A stretch of DNA of 64,000 nt from a virus, in the IMG/VR virus record IMGVR_UViG_3300045988_143938, one strand, 5' to 3'. Made by a program: the position numbers and the translations under genes. Below, one piece after another: positions 1-8,182 of this stretch (its first letter is position 1; each line of letters opens with the position of its first letter). The notes below the pieces were generated by a model. The model saw only the letters and a list, made by a program, of their open reading frames with translations, did no database searches and was not told the origin of the DNA.

Positions 1-365
1 GGGTATATGGGGATTTACTTCATCGCCCTAATGGTGTTTTGCACATCCTTACTTTAAACGAAGAAAAAGGATGTTATGAGAACAATATAATAGATCCAAA
101 AACGGTAGGACAGTTTACCGGGATGCCTGACAAGGGCGGTAAAGAAATCTATGAAGGCGACATTGTTCTGTGGAGAAGAGATGGTAAGCTGTATCTTGTT
201 AAGTTCTACGCAGGAATGTTCTATGCTTCCGTTGAAGAGCTTAATAAAGGAGTTTACGGAGGATTCCCGCTTCATGTTTTAACTGTAGACGAAGAAGATG
301 GGTATAAGTGCGAGGTTTGCGGTAATATTTATGATAATTCGGAGTTGTTGAAAGGAGGTAAGTAA
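1..365 (+). CDS. YopX-family phage protein, 5' end runs off window
   Basis: Frame open from nt 3; GKEIYEGDIV core and C-terminal GNIYDNSELL motif typical of YopX. Confidence 0.7.
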   Translation, partial: VYGDLLHRPNGVLHILTLNEEKGCYENNIIDPKTVGQFTGMPDKGGKEIYEGDIVLWRRDGKLYLVKFYAGMFYASVEELNKGVYGGFPLHVLTVDEEDGYKCEVCGNIYDNSELLKGGK

Positions 366-730
366 TGAAGCATATATTTTTTTTATTTGTAGGAATTTTG
401 GCTTTATACGAAATCATGAAAGCCTTAAACTGTAAGAGGGTTTATTCTCGTACATACGAATATATACATTCTCCCAAAGAAGATAAGAATACATATTTTA
501 AAAAGCACCCCATGCTTCTTTTAATGAGCGTTTTGGATCTTTTTGAGTGGATGACATTAATGGCAGGACTAATGACAAGTCAATGGGTTTTATTTTTGGC
601 GGTGATGGCTTTGTCTTTATCAAGATTCTACCGCCTCGGTAGTTGGGCCGTATGTATAGACTGTATTATTACTGTGGCTATTTACTTGTTTGCTATTATT
701 AATACTTATCATTTACATATAGAATTATGA
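365..730 (+). CDS. small integral membrane protein
   Basis: ORF track; ATGA-type overlap with upstream gene; three to four hydrophobic segments. Confidence 0.55.
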   Translation: MKHIFFLFVGILALYEIMKALNCKRVYSRTYEYIHSPKEDKNTYFKKHPMLLLMSVLDLFEWMTLMAGLMTSQWVLFLAVMALSLSRFYRLGSWAVCIDCIITVAIYLFAIINTYHLHIEL

Positions 731-906
731 GTAAATTAAGAAGATATAAAAAGGTAGATACGAGTCTGTCTCATTTGTGCACTTTTGCACCAGTTAAAGA
801 TCCAGCAGTGGTAATAGGGTCTTATTACTGCAAAAACATTTGTCCTCATTGCCGAGGGACGTTGAATATATTAGGAGTTAGATATGTAAGATGTGATAAA
901 CCATGA
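727..906 (+). CDS. 59-aa Cys-rich small protein (below ORF-track cutoff)
   Basis: ATG 727 overlaps stop of upstream gene; MSKLRRYKK...YYCKNICPHCRGT...VRCDKP; CxxxC/CxxC spacing suggests zinc ribbon. Confidence 0.4.
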   Translation: MSKLRRYKKVDTSLSHLCTFAPVKDPAVVIGSYYCKNICPHCRGTLNILGVRYVRCDKP

Positions 907-945
907 GTAAAAAAAGGGATGCCTGTACATCCCCTTAAAACAGCA

Positions 946-1080
946 TTACGCCACTTTCTTACTATCTACCAAGAAAGAAAAGTATTTGGAATGTTTTGGA
1001 TATATCCGCTTACCGTTCCTTATGATATACCGACAGAAAATACGAGTTTTGCCGTTTTCATTTTGCGTTCTAACAGTCAT
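946..1080 (-). CDS. 44-aa basic small protein (below ORF-track cutoff)
   Basis: AGGAGG 7 nt upstream of ATG 1080; MTVRTQNENGKTRIFCRYIIRNGKRIYPKHSKYF...; hairpin plus T-run follows at about 913-940. Confidence 0.35.
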   Translation of the reverse strand: MTVRTQNENGKTRIFCRYIIRNGKRIYPKHSKYFSFLVDSKKVA

Positions 1081-1155
1081 ATAATACACCTCCTTTCCGT
1101 TTTGCCTACTAACCTGTATTAGCAGACTTCAAGCTGCACCCTGTCAAGTGCAACT

Positions 1156-1270
1156 AAAAAAGCCCAAAGTTACAGGACATTGGGCTTAAATGTCTTTTCT
1201 CAATGAGAACGGACAAGAAAGGTGACGAATGACAGTTCGTCGGATTGGAGGTATTATACTCCTGTTAAAA
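1156..1270 (-). ncRNA. candidate small RNA (promoter to intrinsic terminator)
   Basis: Minus-strand -7 box TATATTTG (1278-1285), no ORF, hairpin AGCCCAA/TTGGGCT (1161-1186) followed by U6 on minus strand. Confidence 0.3.
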
Positions 1271-1447
1271 CGCGGTACAAATATAGGTTTTAGCCTACAA
1301 GTAAGGAACTTTATTAACGATTTTAATAGTCAAATTAACACATGAGTAAACTCTACAAAGCAACCATTTTCGGCAAACCGTTCATGCTTGGATGGTTCAG
1401 TCATGCGGACAAATGGTATCATAAAATTGGAATAATATATTGAGACA

Positions 1448-1846
1448 ATGAGAGCAACCGAAAAGAAACTAAGAGACAGACACGCCCGTCTGCCTGAACA
1501 ATACAAGAAGGTAGACACGACAGTCAACGGGGATGCGGAAAACCTAATAGAGGAGCGCAAACAGTTTGAAAAGAACTTGGTTCCTCTGCGCCTTAGCAAT
1601 ACTACCGTTATATACGTAACAAAAGATAAGCAAAACGAAGCGTATGCAGCAGTGGCGCGTAAACGAATGGGAATAGCCGAACCGAGGAAAGTATTCGTTG
1701 ATCCTCTCTCACAGGAGAACATTACAAAGATGTACAAGGAGGACGGCATATCTCCCCGTAGAATAGCCGAAATATTGAATGTAAGCGTCAGGACGGTGTA
1801 TCTAAGATTAGCCAAATACGGGCTTACAAAAGTGAAATGCAGATAA
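1448..1846 (+). CDS. DNA-binding protein with C-terminal helix-turn-helix
   Basis: C-terminal ISPRRIAEILNVSVRTVYLRLAKYGL resembles sigma70-r4/resolvase-type HTH. Confidence 0.65.
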   Translation: MRATEKKLRDRHARLPEQYKKVDTTVNGDAENLIEERKQFEKNLVPLRLSNTTVIYVTKDKQNEAYAAVARKRMGIAEPRKVFVDPLSQENITKMYKEDGISPRRIAEILNVSVRTVYLRLAKYGLTKVKCR

Positions 1847-1861
1847 TTAAAACTTGTAATT

Positions 1862-2371
1862 ATGAAAGATATTAAAAGAAAATACAGTTTCTCTGATATA
1901 GAGTTTAAGCCTTACTTTACAGAGGAAGAGGTAAATTTTATCAAAAAGATGAAATTGATGAAAGATGTTGATAAGTACATGCAGGGAGTGGTTGAGTTTG
2001 AGAATGGTTATGGCGTCAGTGTACTTTTAGGACAGCTGTTTTATTCAGACGGAAAAGACACATACGAGGTGGCCGTTACCTATGACGGCCATATAATCAA
2101 CCGAGATAACGAGCAGTGGGTAGAATGCTTTTTGGACCGCTATGAAGTTGAGAAGCTGATGAACAATGTTGCCGGGCTTAACCCTATTGTCGTTGATTCG
2201 TTCGACAAAGGCGATTACTTGGTGTATAATTTTGATAAATATCATACATATATAGTCAGTCCGGGAAGAGAAAACATTAGATTGTTTGGTTCTTTTTACG
2301 AAAGAAGAAAAGCCACCTATGAAGAAAGAGAGAAGATATTCGAGAGATTGAGAAAATCATTAATTGTTTAA
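1862..2371 (+). CDS. hypothetical phage protein
   Basis: ORF track, 169 aa, tight spacing after upstream gene. Confidence 0.6.
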   Translation: MKDIKRKYSFSDIEFKPYFTEEEVNFIKKMKLMKDVDKYMQGVVEFENGYGVSVLLGQLFYSDGKDTYEVAVTYDGHIINRDNEQWVECFLDRYEVEKLMNNVAGLNPIVVDSFDKGDYLVYNFDKYHTYIVSPGRENIRLFGSFYERRKATYEEREKIFERLRKSLIV

Positions 2372-2380
2372 ACAAAAGCT

Positions 2381-2542
2381 ATGGAAGATAATACATTAGA
2401 CCAAAATCTTTATACCACCGCAATGAAAGAAGCGCTAAAGGTGGAGTTCTTGGAAAGCAACGAAGAGATTAAACTATATGCCGCCTCGCTGTATAATGCG
2501 ATGATATGGGGTAGAAATCATACGGTTAAAGTAAAATATTAA
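2381..2542 (+). CDS. hypothetical 53-aa protein (below ORF-track cutoff)
   Basis: ATG 2381, 9 nt after upstream stop; uninterrupted 53 codons. Confidence 0.35.
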   Translation: MEDNTLDQNLYTTAMKEALKVEFLESNEEIKLYAASLYNAMIWGRNHTVKVKY

Positions 2543-2573
2543 GTTTTTTATTTGGCGTTATAGAAAAAGGGCG

Positions 2574-2581
2574 TATATTTG
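2574..2581 (+). promoter_or_regulatory. Bacteroides-type -7 promoter box TATATTTG
   Basis: Matches TAnnTTTG consensus; upstream of antirepressor leader. Confidence 0.45.
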
Positions 2582-2614
2582 CAGCGTTCAACTTTTATCC
2601 AAAGGCAAGCGGAA

Positions 2615-2638
2615 GCCTGCCATATGCAGGCGTTTTTT
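2615..2638 (+). terminator. leader hairpin plus T6 (attenuator-like)
   Basis: GCCTGC-CATAT-GCAGGC then G TTTTTT, about 35 nt after the -7 box. Confidence 0.4.
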
Positions 2639-2817
2639 ATGCTTGCGAGTTTGACGCTACAATATAGTGGCTGCCACCCCCATAGGTATAGTTAATGCTA
2701 TATCTGCCTTTGGATAGGTTGAACAATGGGACAGGGCAGCCTTTTTCTTTGCCCTTCCGAAAAGCCGGATATGGGCAGGCTACCAGCCCTATAATGCCAA
2801 TAAAGTTCAATAAATCT

Positions 2818-3618
2818 ATGGCAGAAATTAACAATTTGGGAGAACTGCTCCCTATCAGTGAAAACAACGGGAAAAAAGCCGTTAACGCACGTTACTTACA
2901 TTCTTTTCTTGAAAGTAAACAAGAATTTGCTAATTGGATAAAAGGGCGTATTAATAAATACGACTTTGTAGAAGGAAAAGATTTTGAAACGCTCTATTTT
3001 GACTATCAAGGTAACTTATTGAATATCAGACATGATAATTTTATCAAGTCTGAAAATCAGCAAGTTAGCAAAATAGAATATGCACTATCTATCGGCATGG
3101 CAAAAGAGCTTTCAATGCTCGAGAATAATGAACGAGGCAAACAAGCCCGAAAATATTTTATAGCATGCGAGGAAAACAAGCGTGAACTTTCCCGTAAGGA
3201 ACTTCTTTTAATGGCTCTTCAAGCGGAAGAAGACAAGGAACGTTTAGCTTTGGAGAATGAAAAACAGCAGAAACAGATAGAAAGACTTAAACCTAAAGCT
3301 GATTTTGCTGAAAAAGCTTTTGCTATGGAAGGTAAGGTAGACATAGGCCAAGCCGCCAAAATTCTTAATCTTGGATATGGTAGAAACACCCTTTTCAAGA
3401 AGCTAAGGGAAGTTGGCGTATTCTTTGCAAATCGTAATGAACCTAAGCAGAAATACATTGATGCAGGCTACTTTGAAATGACAGAAAAGCCTATATCAAG
3501 AAAAAATCATCCTGGATTTATTGTAATGGTTGTGACATGTACTCAAAAGGGATTAGCATACATCAATCACCTGTTTGGCGGCAATCCCTCAGACGGGAAA
3601 TTAGCAAGAATAAGATAA
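2818..3618 (+). CDS. phage antirepressor, AntA-like N-domain plus KilAC/ANT C-domain
   Basis: KAVNARYLHSFLESKQEFANWIKGRINKYDFVEGKDF (AntA-like); KPKADFAEKAF..GKVDIGQAAKILNLGYGRNTLFKKLREVGVFF (KilAC-like). Track start 2695 lies in a structured leader; ATG 2794 also possible. Confidence 0.8.
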   Translation: MAEINNLGELLPISENNGKKAVNARYLHSFLESKQEFANWIKGRINKYDFVEGKDFETLYFDYQGNLLNIRHDNFIKSENQQVSKIEYALSIGMAKELSMLENNERGKQARKYFIACEENKRELSRKELLLMALQAEEDKERLALENEKQQKQIERLKPKADFAEKAFAMEGKVDIGQAAKILNLGYGRNTLFKKLREVGVFFANRNEPKQKYIDAGYFEMTEKPISRKNHPGFIVMVVTCTQKGLAYINHLFGGNPSDGKLARIR

Positions 3619-3682
3619 ACTAATATTATTTTGGGTAGGCGTAATCAGTCTGCCCGCTTAAAACCTAAAACAAATATTCATC

Positions 3683-3916
3683 ATGGAAAGAAATACAATA
3701 CCTGCTAAAAAGCAATATGACGTCAGCGCAATGGGCGAATTTTTTAGAGACATTATAGCTCCTGAAGAACTTAGAAAAGAACTTGTAGAACTGGCGTTTG
3801 ATTATGCGCAATACGTAGATGAAGGAAGCACATATTTGTTCAAAAACAATATGAGTACCATATACATACTGTATAGGGCACTGGAGGATGTGAAAGAATT
3901 AGAGACACAGGGTTAA
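3683..3916 (+). CDS. hypothetical protein
   Basis: ORF track, 77 aa. Confidence 0.5.
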   Translation: MERNTIPAKKQYDVSAMGEFFRDIIAPEELRKELVELAFDYAQYVDEGSTYLFKNNMSTIYILYRALEDVKELETQG

Positions 3917-4008
3917 CAGCATAGCCAGTTTTACCGCAACAATAAGCGGTATAGCATTGCAAATAACATCCTCGGCTATCTTTAGAGCACGTTCCATTGC
4001 ATCATAGC

Positions 4009-4053
4009 AAGCAGTCGGCAGAACATCCAGTGCGGTAAGTCTTCCGACTGCTT
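4009..4053. terminator. bidirectional terminator hairpin between convergent genes
   Basis: 10-bp stem AAGCAGTCGG / CCGACTGCTT. Confidence 0.5.
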
Positions 4054-4072
4054 AATCAATATGTCTAATTGT

Positions 4073-4552
4073 TCATTCATAGCTATATTTTAGGCACATG
4101 TAAGACCATATTTTATTATCTCCCGGCATCCAGTCTTCATCGTCAAACCAAAAGGCATATGCCGCTTCGATAATATCCTCTCCGTCCAAAACCTTGCACA
4201 GATCGGCCCAAAAAGCATTAAAGGCTACGTATTTATCCCAGCGTGTACATCCTGACGGGAAATTCTTGTTCTTGGTGGCTTCCTCTATCTGATCTACCGT
4301 CCAATATCCACCCTTGTGTTCGTTGCCTTCCTTGTCGGTGTACTCCATATCGGCAACATCGTGCATGGCAAACTCCTCGTTGTAATGGCATCCGCTCATG
4401 GCACCGTACAGCTTCCTTAACGCCAGCCAATACTTTTTAGGCTCTTTCTCTTTCATCGGCTCCAGCACATCCGAAAGGATGCGGGTGCTCTCTATCATTA
4501 CAGCTTCACCCTTGCCTTTGCCGTACTTTTCTATCAATTCATAAATAGTCAT
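4073..4552 (-). CDS. hypothetical phage protein
   Basis: ORF track, 159 aa; last gene of the long minus-strand block. Confidence 0.65.
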   Translation of the reverse strand: MTIYELIEKYGKGKGEAVMIESTRILSDVLEPMKEKEPKKYWLALRKLYGAMSGCHYNEEFAMHDVADMEYTDKEGNEHKGGYWTVDQIEEATKNKNFPSGCTRWDKYVAFNAFWADLCKVLDGEDIIEAAYAFWFDDEDWMPGDNKIWSYMCLKYSYE

Positions 4553-4588
4553 AATCTTTTCCCTTTCTTTTAATTAGTAGTATGTTTC

Positions 4589-4858
4589 TTATCTGAATAT
4601 CCTGCTTGCACCTCTTAGCAACACCTCAAAAATAGCGTCTCCGGTAAGGTTTGCTCCCACCTCCCGCCAAAAATTGGGCTTGCTTTGCTTTCTGATTATT
4701 TGAAGCAGCAAGTCCTGCTGGCGAAGGTGATGTTCGTTGTTCTTTTCAATGTCTTTTTGTAATAATAAAAGAGCCTTGACACCGTCATCCTTGCAGTTAC
4801 CTATACACTCGTTGAGGTATTTGTCCATGCAATACTTCATAATCTTCTTGTTGCCCAT
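4589..4858 (-). CDS. hypothetical protein
   Basis: ORF track, 89 aa. Confidence 0.55.
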   Translation of the reverse strand: MGNKKIMKYCMDKYLNECIGNCKDDGVKALLLLQKDIEKNNEHHLRQQDLLLQIIRKQSKPNFWREVGANLTGDAIFEVLLRGASRIFR

Positions 4859-4918
4859 ATTGTTATTTCTTTCCGCATGACGGGCATTTAACCGTCTTTA
4901 CGGGCTTTGGTTTTACAA

Positions 4919-5230
4919 TCACAAATCTTCCCATAACCGATCGTATTTTTTGTTTATATAAGCCAAAAGCAAATCAATCCATAGTGCGGCCAAAGCGCAC
5001 AGAAAAGAAACAAGGATGCAACGAATAACCGGACCTCCGCATGCAATGCTGTAAGCCAGCGTGAGCCAAAAGCTGATACACTTGCTGCATTTCAGCTTCT
5101 CCGATAAGTGTCCTATCTTCTCCGGGTTTACCGGAACAAGTCTTTTCAAAATGCCTGCTATGGCATTGAAAAGTCCCAAATAGATGAACAGGCATACGGA
5201 AACGGTTATTATCATTGCATCCCCAATCAT
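4919..5230 (-). CDS. small membrane protein
   Basis: ORF track, 103 aa with three hydrophobic segments. Confidence 0.55.
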   Translation of the reverse strand: MIGDAMIITVSVCLFIYLGLFNAIAGILKRLVPVNPEKIGHLSEKLKCSKCISFWLTLAYSIACGGPVIRCILVSFLCALAALWIDLLLAYINKKYDRLWEDL

Positions 5231-5233
5231 ACA

Positions 5234-5782
5234 CTACTTGTTTTTGGATGATTTGGTTTCGTTTGCTAAGCTTTCATCTTCACCAAGCAATGCAGCTACG
5301 GCAGGCGCAGGAGCAGGGCTTGTGACAGTCAGGCCGAACTCTATTTCCACCGCATTTGTTTTCGTGCAGCAGTCTTGTACGTTGGTAGGACTTACCAGCA
5401 CATTAGGCGTAACGGTAAGCGTTGCCGATGTGGGTACTGTGGTTGAATAGAACGGTACGGTAATTGAAGTGAACACTGTATCCGTCTGCGGGCATACGTC
5501 ACAATTGTTGCATCCGCATACGTATGGCAGATAACTTACCGAACCTACCAATTGGATAGACAGCGAATAAAGGTTTCCGCCTAAAGAATCAATAGACTTT
5601 AAAACGGCCCTCATGGTCCCGCTCAAAGGATATTGGGCGGTGATACAGATGTTCCGGTTACGACACAGATAATGAATCAGGTCAATGTAATACATTATTG
5701 GGGATGGTGTCGTAGTCCCTGTGGCTACGGGGACAAGCTCCAATACGGAGGTTTGTCCCGATTTGTTTTTACAACAGCTCAT
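5234..5782 (-). CDS. Cys- and Thr-rich hypothetical protein
   Basis: ORF track, 182 aa; CGCNNCDVC and DCC clusters. Confidence 0.55.
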   Translation of the reverse strand: MSCCKNKSGQTSVLELVPVATGTTTPSPIMYYIDLIHYLCRNRNICITAQYPLSGTMRAVLKSIDSLGGNLYSLSIQLVGSVSYLPYVCGCNNCDVCPQTDTVFTSITVPFYSTTVPTSATLTVTPNVLVSPTNVQDCCTKTNAVEIEFGLTVTSPAPAPAVAALLGEDESLANETKSSKNK

Positions 5783-5805
5783 AATGAATCGTTTTTTTAT
5801 TAATA

Positions 5806-6012
5806 TTATTCAGCAACGGGTTCCTCTGCTGATTGAGGGTATTTCTTTGGAGCCGGAACCCGGCTCTTCATCTCTTTTACAGAATCAGGCGTTCCTACAC
5901 CCAGCAGCACATCGAGTTTTGCTTCAATGTTTATCAGCCGTTGTTCCGTAGCTATCAGGAACTTATTGTTTGATACTGCTATCTCGTAAATGGCTTGTAT
6001 GTATTCGTTCAT
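5806..6012 (-). CDS. hypothetical protein
   Basis: ORF track, 68 aa. Confidence 0.45.
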   Translation of the reverse strand: MNEYIQAIYEIAVSNNKFLIATEQRLINIEAKLDVLLGVGTPDSVKEMKSRVPAPKKYPQSAEEPVAE

Positions 6013-6021
6013 ATTGTTTTG

Positions 6022-6222
6022 TTATTTAAAATATTTGATGATTTGATTTTTTACAAACAGGTTGTCTTTCCATTTAGGAACGCACTCTGTCAGCTTTTGT
6101 GCTGTTACCGCTCTTCCCTCGGCAGCATGTTCGTTTACAAAATCCTGCAATGCCTTTGAGGCTGCATCCGCTTCTTCCTGCGTATCGGCATATACTTTAA
6201 AATTTATTTCAAATCCTTTCAT
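6022..6222 (-). CDS. hypothetical protein
   Basis: ORF track, 66 aa. Confidence 0.5.
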   Translation of the reverse strand: MKGFEINFKVYADTQEEADAASKALQDFVNEHAAEGRAVTAQKLTECVPKWKDNLFVKNQIIKYFK

Positions 6223-6238
6223 AGTGCATTTGTTTTAA

Positions 6239-6562
6239 TTACAACGGAGGCAGAGGCGGTGATACTGGAGCGGCACCCGAAGGCGGCATTCCACCTCCTT
6301 TTTTCAGGCTTTTCAAGAACTCTATGCCTTGCATGATATCGTTCTGATTTTCTTTCACCCAGCCGAATATCGTTCCGGCGGTATCCCTCACCTGTTGCAT
6401 GGTTGTGGGAGGAACAACATCAAACGTAGGCAGTTCTTCCATGTCCTTAGCGAGAAAATCATACAGCTTCTCCGCTTCCTCTACGTTTCCTTTGGCTATC
6501 ATCAGAGTTTGCATTTTCAGTGCAACCTTACTGGTAGGCTTTATCATTTTCAGCATTTCCAT
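6239..6562 (-). CDS. hypothetical protein, Pro-rich C-terminus
   Basis: Track start 6655 is a TTG; first plausible ATG gives MEMLKMIKPT...; ends PPSGAAPVSPPLPPL. Confidence 0.5.
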   Translation of the reverse strand: MEMLKMIKPTSKVALKMQTLMIAKGNVEEAEKLYDFLAKDMEELPTFDVVPPTTMQQVRDTAGTIFGWVKENQNDIMQGIEFLKSLKKGGGMPPSGAAPVSPPLPPL

Positions 6563-6655
6563 ATTGTATTTTTTCTTTCTCCAAAACATAAGTAGCAATG
6601 TTTTTTTGTAAAAAGGGAAAGGCTTAGTGTGCCCTTCCCCGATACCGAAATGCAA

Positions 6656-7132
6656 TTATCCGTTGCAAGGACATCCGCAAGGCTGCGGTGCGCTGTACAA
6701 TGCTACGGGCTGCGGACACATCTGTGAGCGACCAGTCAAACGGTCAGCCACGATCTGTGCTTCTGCCTGTGCGTATGCGCTTGCTCCTGCTCCCGCCAAA
6801 GCGTTAGCCGTAGCGCCTGTCTGAACATTTACGTAGTCAATCATGCGAGGTTGCTGATTTACACGTTCTGCGCGTTCTGCAATAGCCAGTTGAGCCAGTC
6901 GGTCAATGTCTCTTTGATTAGCCTTGCTTCCCTGTGCGGCATAAACGCCACCGAAAATCCAAGCGCCGATACCAGTTAACAAGGCCGCACTACCGATAGT
7001 AATAGCTGCAATTGATGTTCCGCTGGGTCTCTTCGCTGTTTTTTCAGCCACCATGAAGTGTTCGTAGGAACTCATGTCGGTTCCATCGGACATGGCTTTC
7101 ATTGCCATTAAATCTTCTGCTGTCATAGTCAT
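6656..7132 (-). CDS. membrane-anchored protein with Cys-rich C-terminal tail
   Basis: Central TM segment IAAITIGSAALLTGIGAWIFGGVY; C-terminus CPQPVALYSAPQPCGCPCNG. Confidence 0.55.
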   Translation of the reverse strand: MTMTAEDLMAMKAMSDGTDMSSYEHFMVAEKTAKRPSGTSIAAITIGSAALLTGIGAWIFGGVYAAQGSKANQRDIDRLAQLAIAERAERVNQQPRMIDYVNVQTGATANALAGAGASAYAQAEAQIVADRLTGRSQMCPQPVALYSAPQPCGCPCNG

Positions 7133-7190
7133 AAAATATTTATTGTTTCAAGGCAGCCCGATGTAGGCTGCATGACAAAGGACGACAGAA

Positions 7191-7502
7191 TCAATGTGCT
7201 ATTATAGAAGAAACGAGCGGGTTATGGGCAAGTTCGGAGCTAATTTCGTGCAGGCAGTTTTTTACGCTCCACTTGTTTATTTTTACATCGAAATGGTTTC
7301 GTATCCTGTTTACCGACTGACGGGGTATCTTAGTTTGACGGGATATTTCCTCGTCCGTTAAAAACTGCGATAGGAAGTACACCAAAAGATAGCGCGCGTC
7401 TACGCATTCTTCTTTTTTACTGTCTATCAGTTCCAATTCTCCAACCCCTGTATGCCTGCATACCGTAGACATCATAATCTGATACAAATCTCCTGTTTTC
7501 AT
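7191..7502 (-). CDS. putative HTH regulator (DnaA C-terminal-like fold, tentative)
   Basis: VDARYLLVYFLSQFLTDEEISRQTKIPRQSVNRIRNHF resembles the DnaA domain IV-type HTH. Confidence 0.45.
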   Translation of the reverse strand: MKTGDLYQIMMSTVCRHTGVGELELIDSKKEECVDARYLLVYFLSQFLTDEEISRQTKIPRQSVNRIRNHFDVKINKWSVKNCLHEISSELAHNPLVSSIIAH

Positions 7503-7530
7503 ATTATTCTGCTTTAAAACATGTAATTAT

Positions 7531-7596
7531 TAAAAACAAAAATCACAACCCGGCGTTATTAAACTCGAAAGCCTCGTAACAACTCGGATTGTGATT
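7531..7596 (-). terminator. intrinsic terminator
   Basis: On minus strand AATCACAATCCG...CGGGTTGTGATT stem followed by TTTTTGTTTTT; further hairpins at 7600-7670. Confidence 0.55.
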
Positions 7597-7696
7597 GTTG
7601 TCTCTTGTGTTCGTTTCGCAGACAGAGGACAAGAGATAGGGGCTTTCTTTCTACTCTAAGCCCCGAAAGAGCGTCAGCTAAAGCCAACTTCTACAC

Positions 7697-8182
7697 TTAT
7701 TTCTTTTTTATCCTTATGGCAAGCCAAATAACGGCCAATGCGACACATGCAATGTTTAGCATCATGCTCGCACCTCCGTAATTGATTTTAAACCGTTCCC
7801 ACCATGATAGTTTCCTTTCCACAGGATAGGGCTTTGGCACTTCAATTCTTCTTATCTTTTCAATGAAGTAAGGTATCTTGACCGTCACCGTAGATTGGGG
7901 ATAGATGCCTAATGAGTGGTTCAATATCCCCTTATTCCAAGACGCATAACTATAAGCATACGGGTTATGCAGGAATGACACAGTATCGCGGGTAGACACG
8001 CTGTCTTTATAAGGTATCAGCTTCTCCTGAAACGTTGTATCGTGGTAGACTATACTGTCAAGCACTTTGGTTTCAACAGGCACATAGACCGTCCTCGTTC
8101 GGCACGAAGCAAACACGAACACCAGCAGCATAGCCAGCAATCCAACAGACGCCCAAAACAATAGATTTCTTAGTTCTTTCAT
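7697..8182 (-). CDS. candidate unimolecular spanin (N-terminal lipoprotein signal plus C-terminal TM)
   Basis: ATG 8182 overlaps upstream stop (ATGA); LLAMLLVFVFASC lipobox; C-terminal GGASMMLNIACVALAVIWLAIRIKKK. Confidence 0.5.
   Translation of the reverse strand: MKELRNLLFWASVGLLAMLLVFVFASCRTRTVYVPVETKVLDSIVYHDTTFQEKLIPYKDSVSTRDTVSFLHNPYAYSYASWNKGILNHSLGIYPQSTVTVKIPYFIEKIRRIEVPKPYPVERKLSWWERFKINYGGASMMLNIACVALAVIWLAIRIKKK

Noticed and set aside
919-1122. A 67-aa plus-strand track ORF.
   Set aside because: It overlaps a minus-strand mini-gene that has its own ribosome-binding site and terminator. It has no promoter or coupling context and reads as low-complexity.
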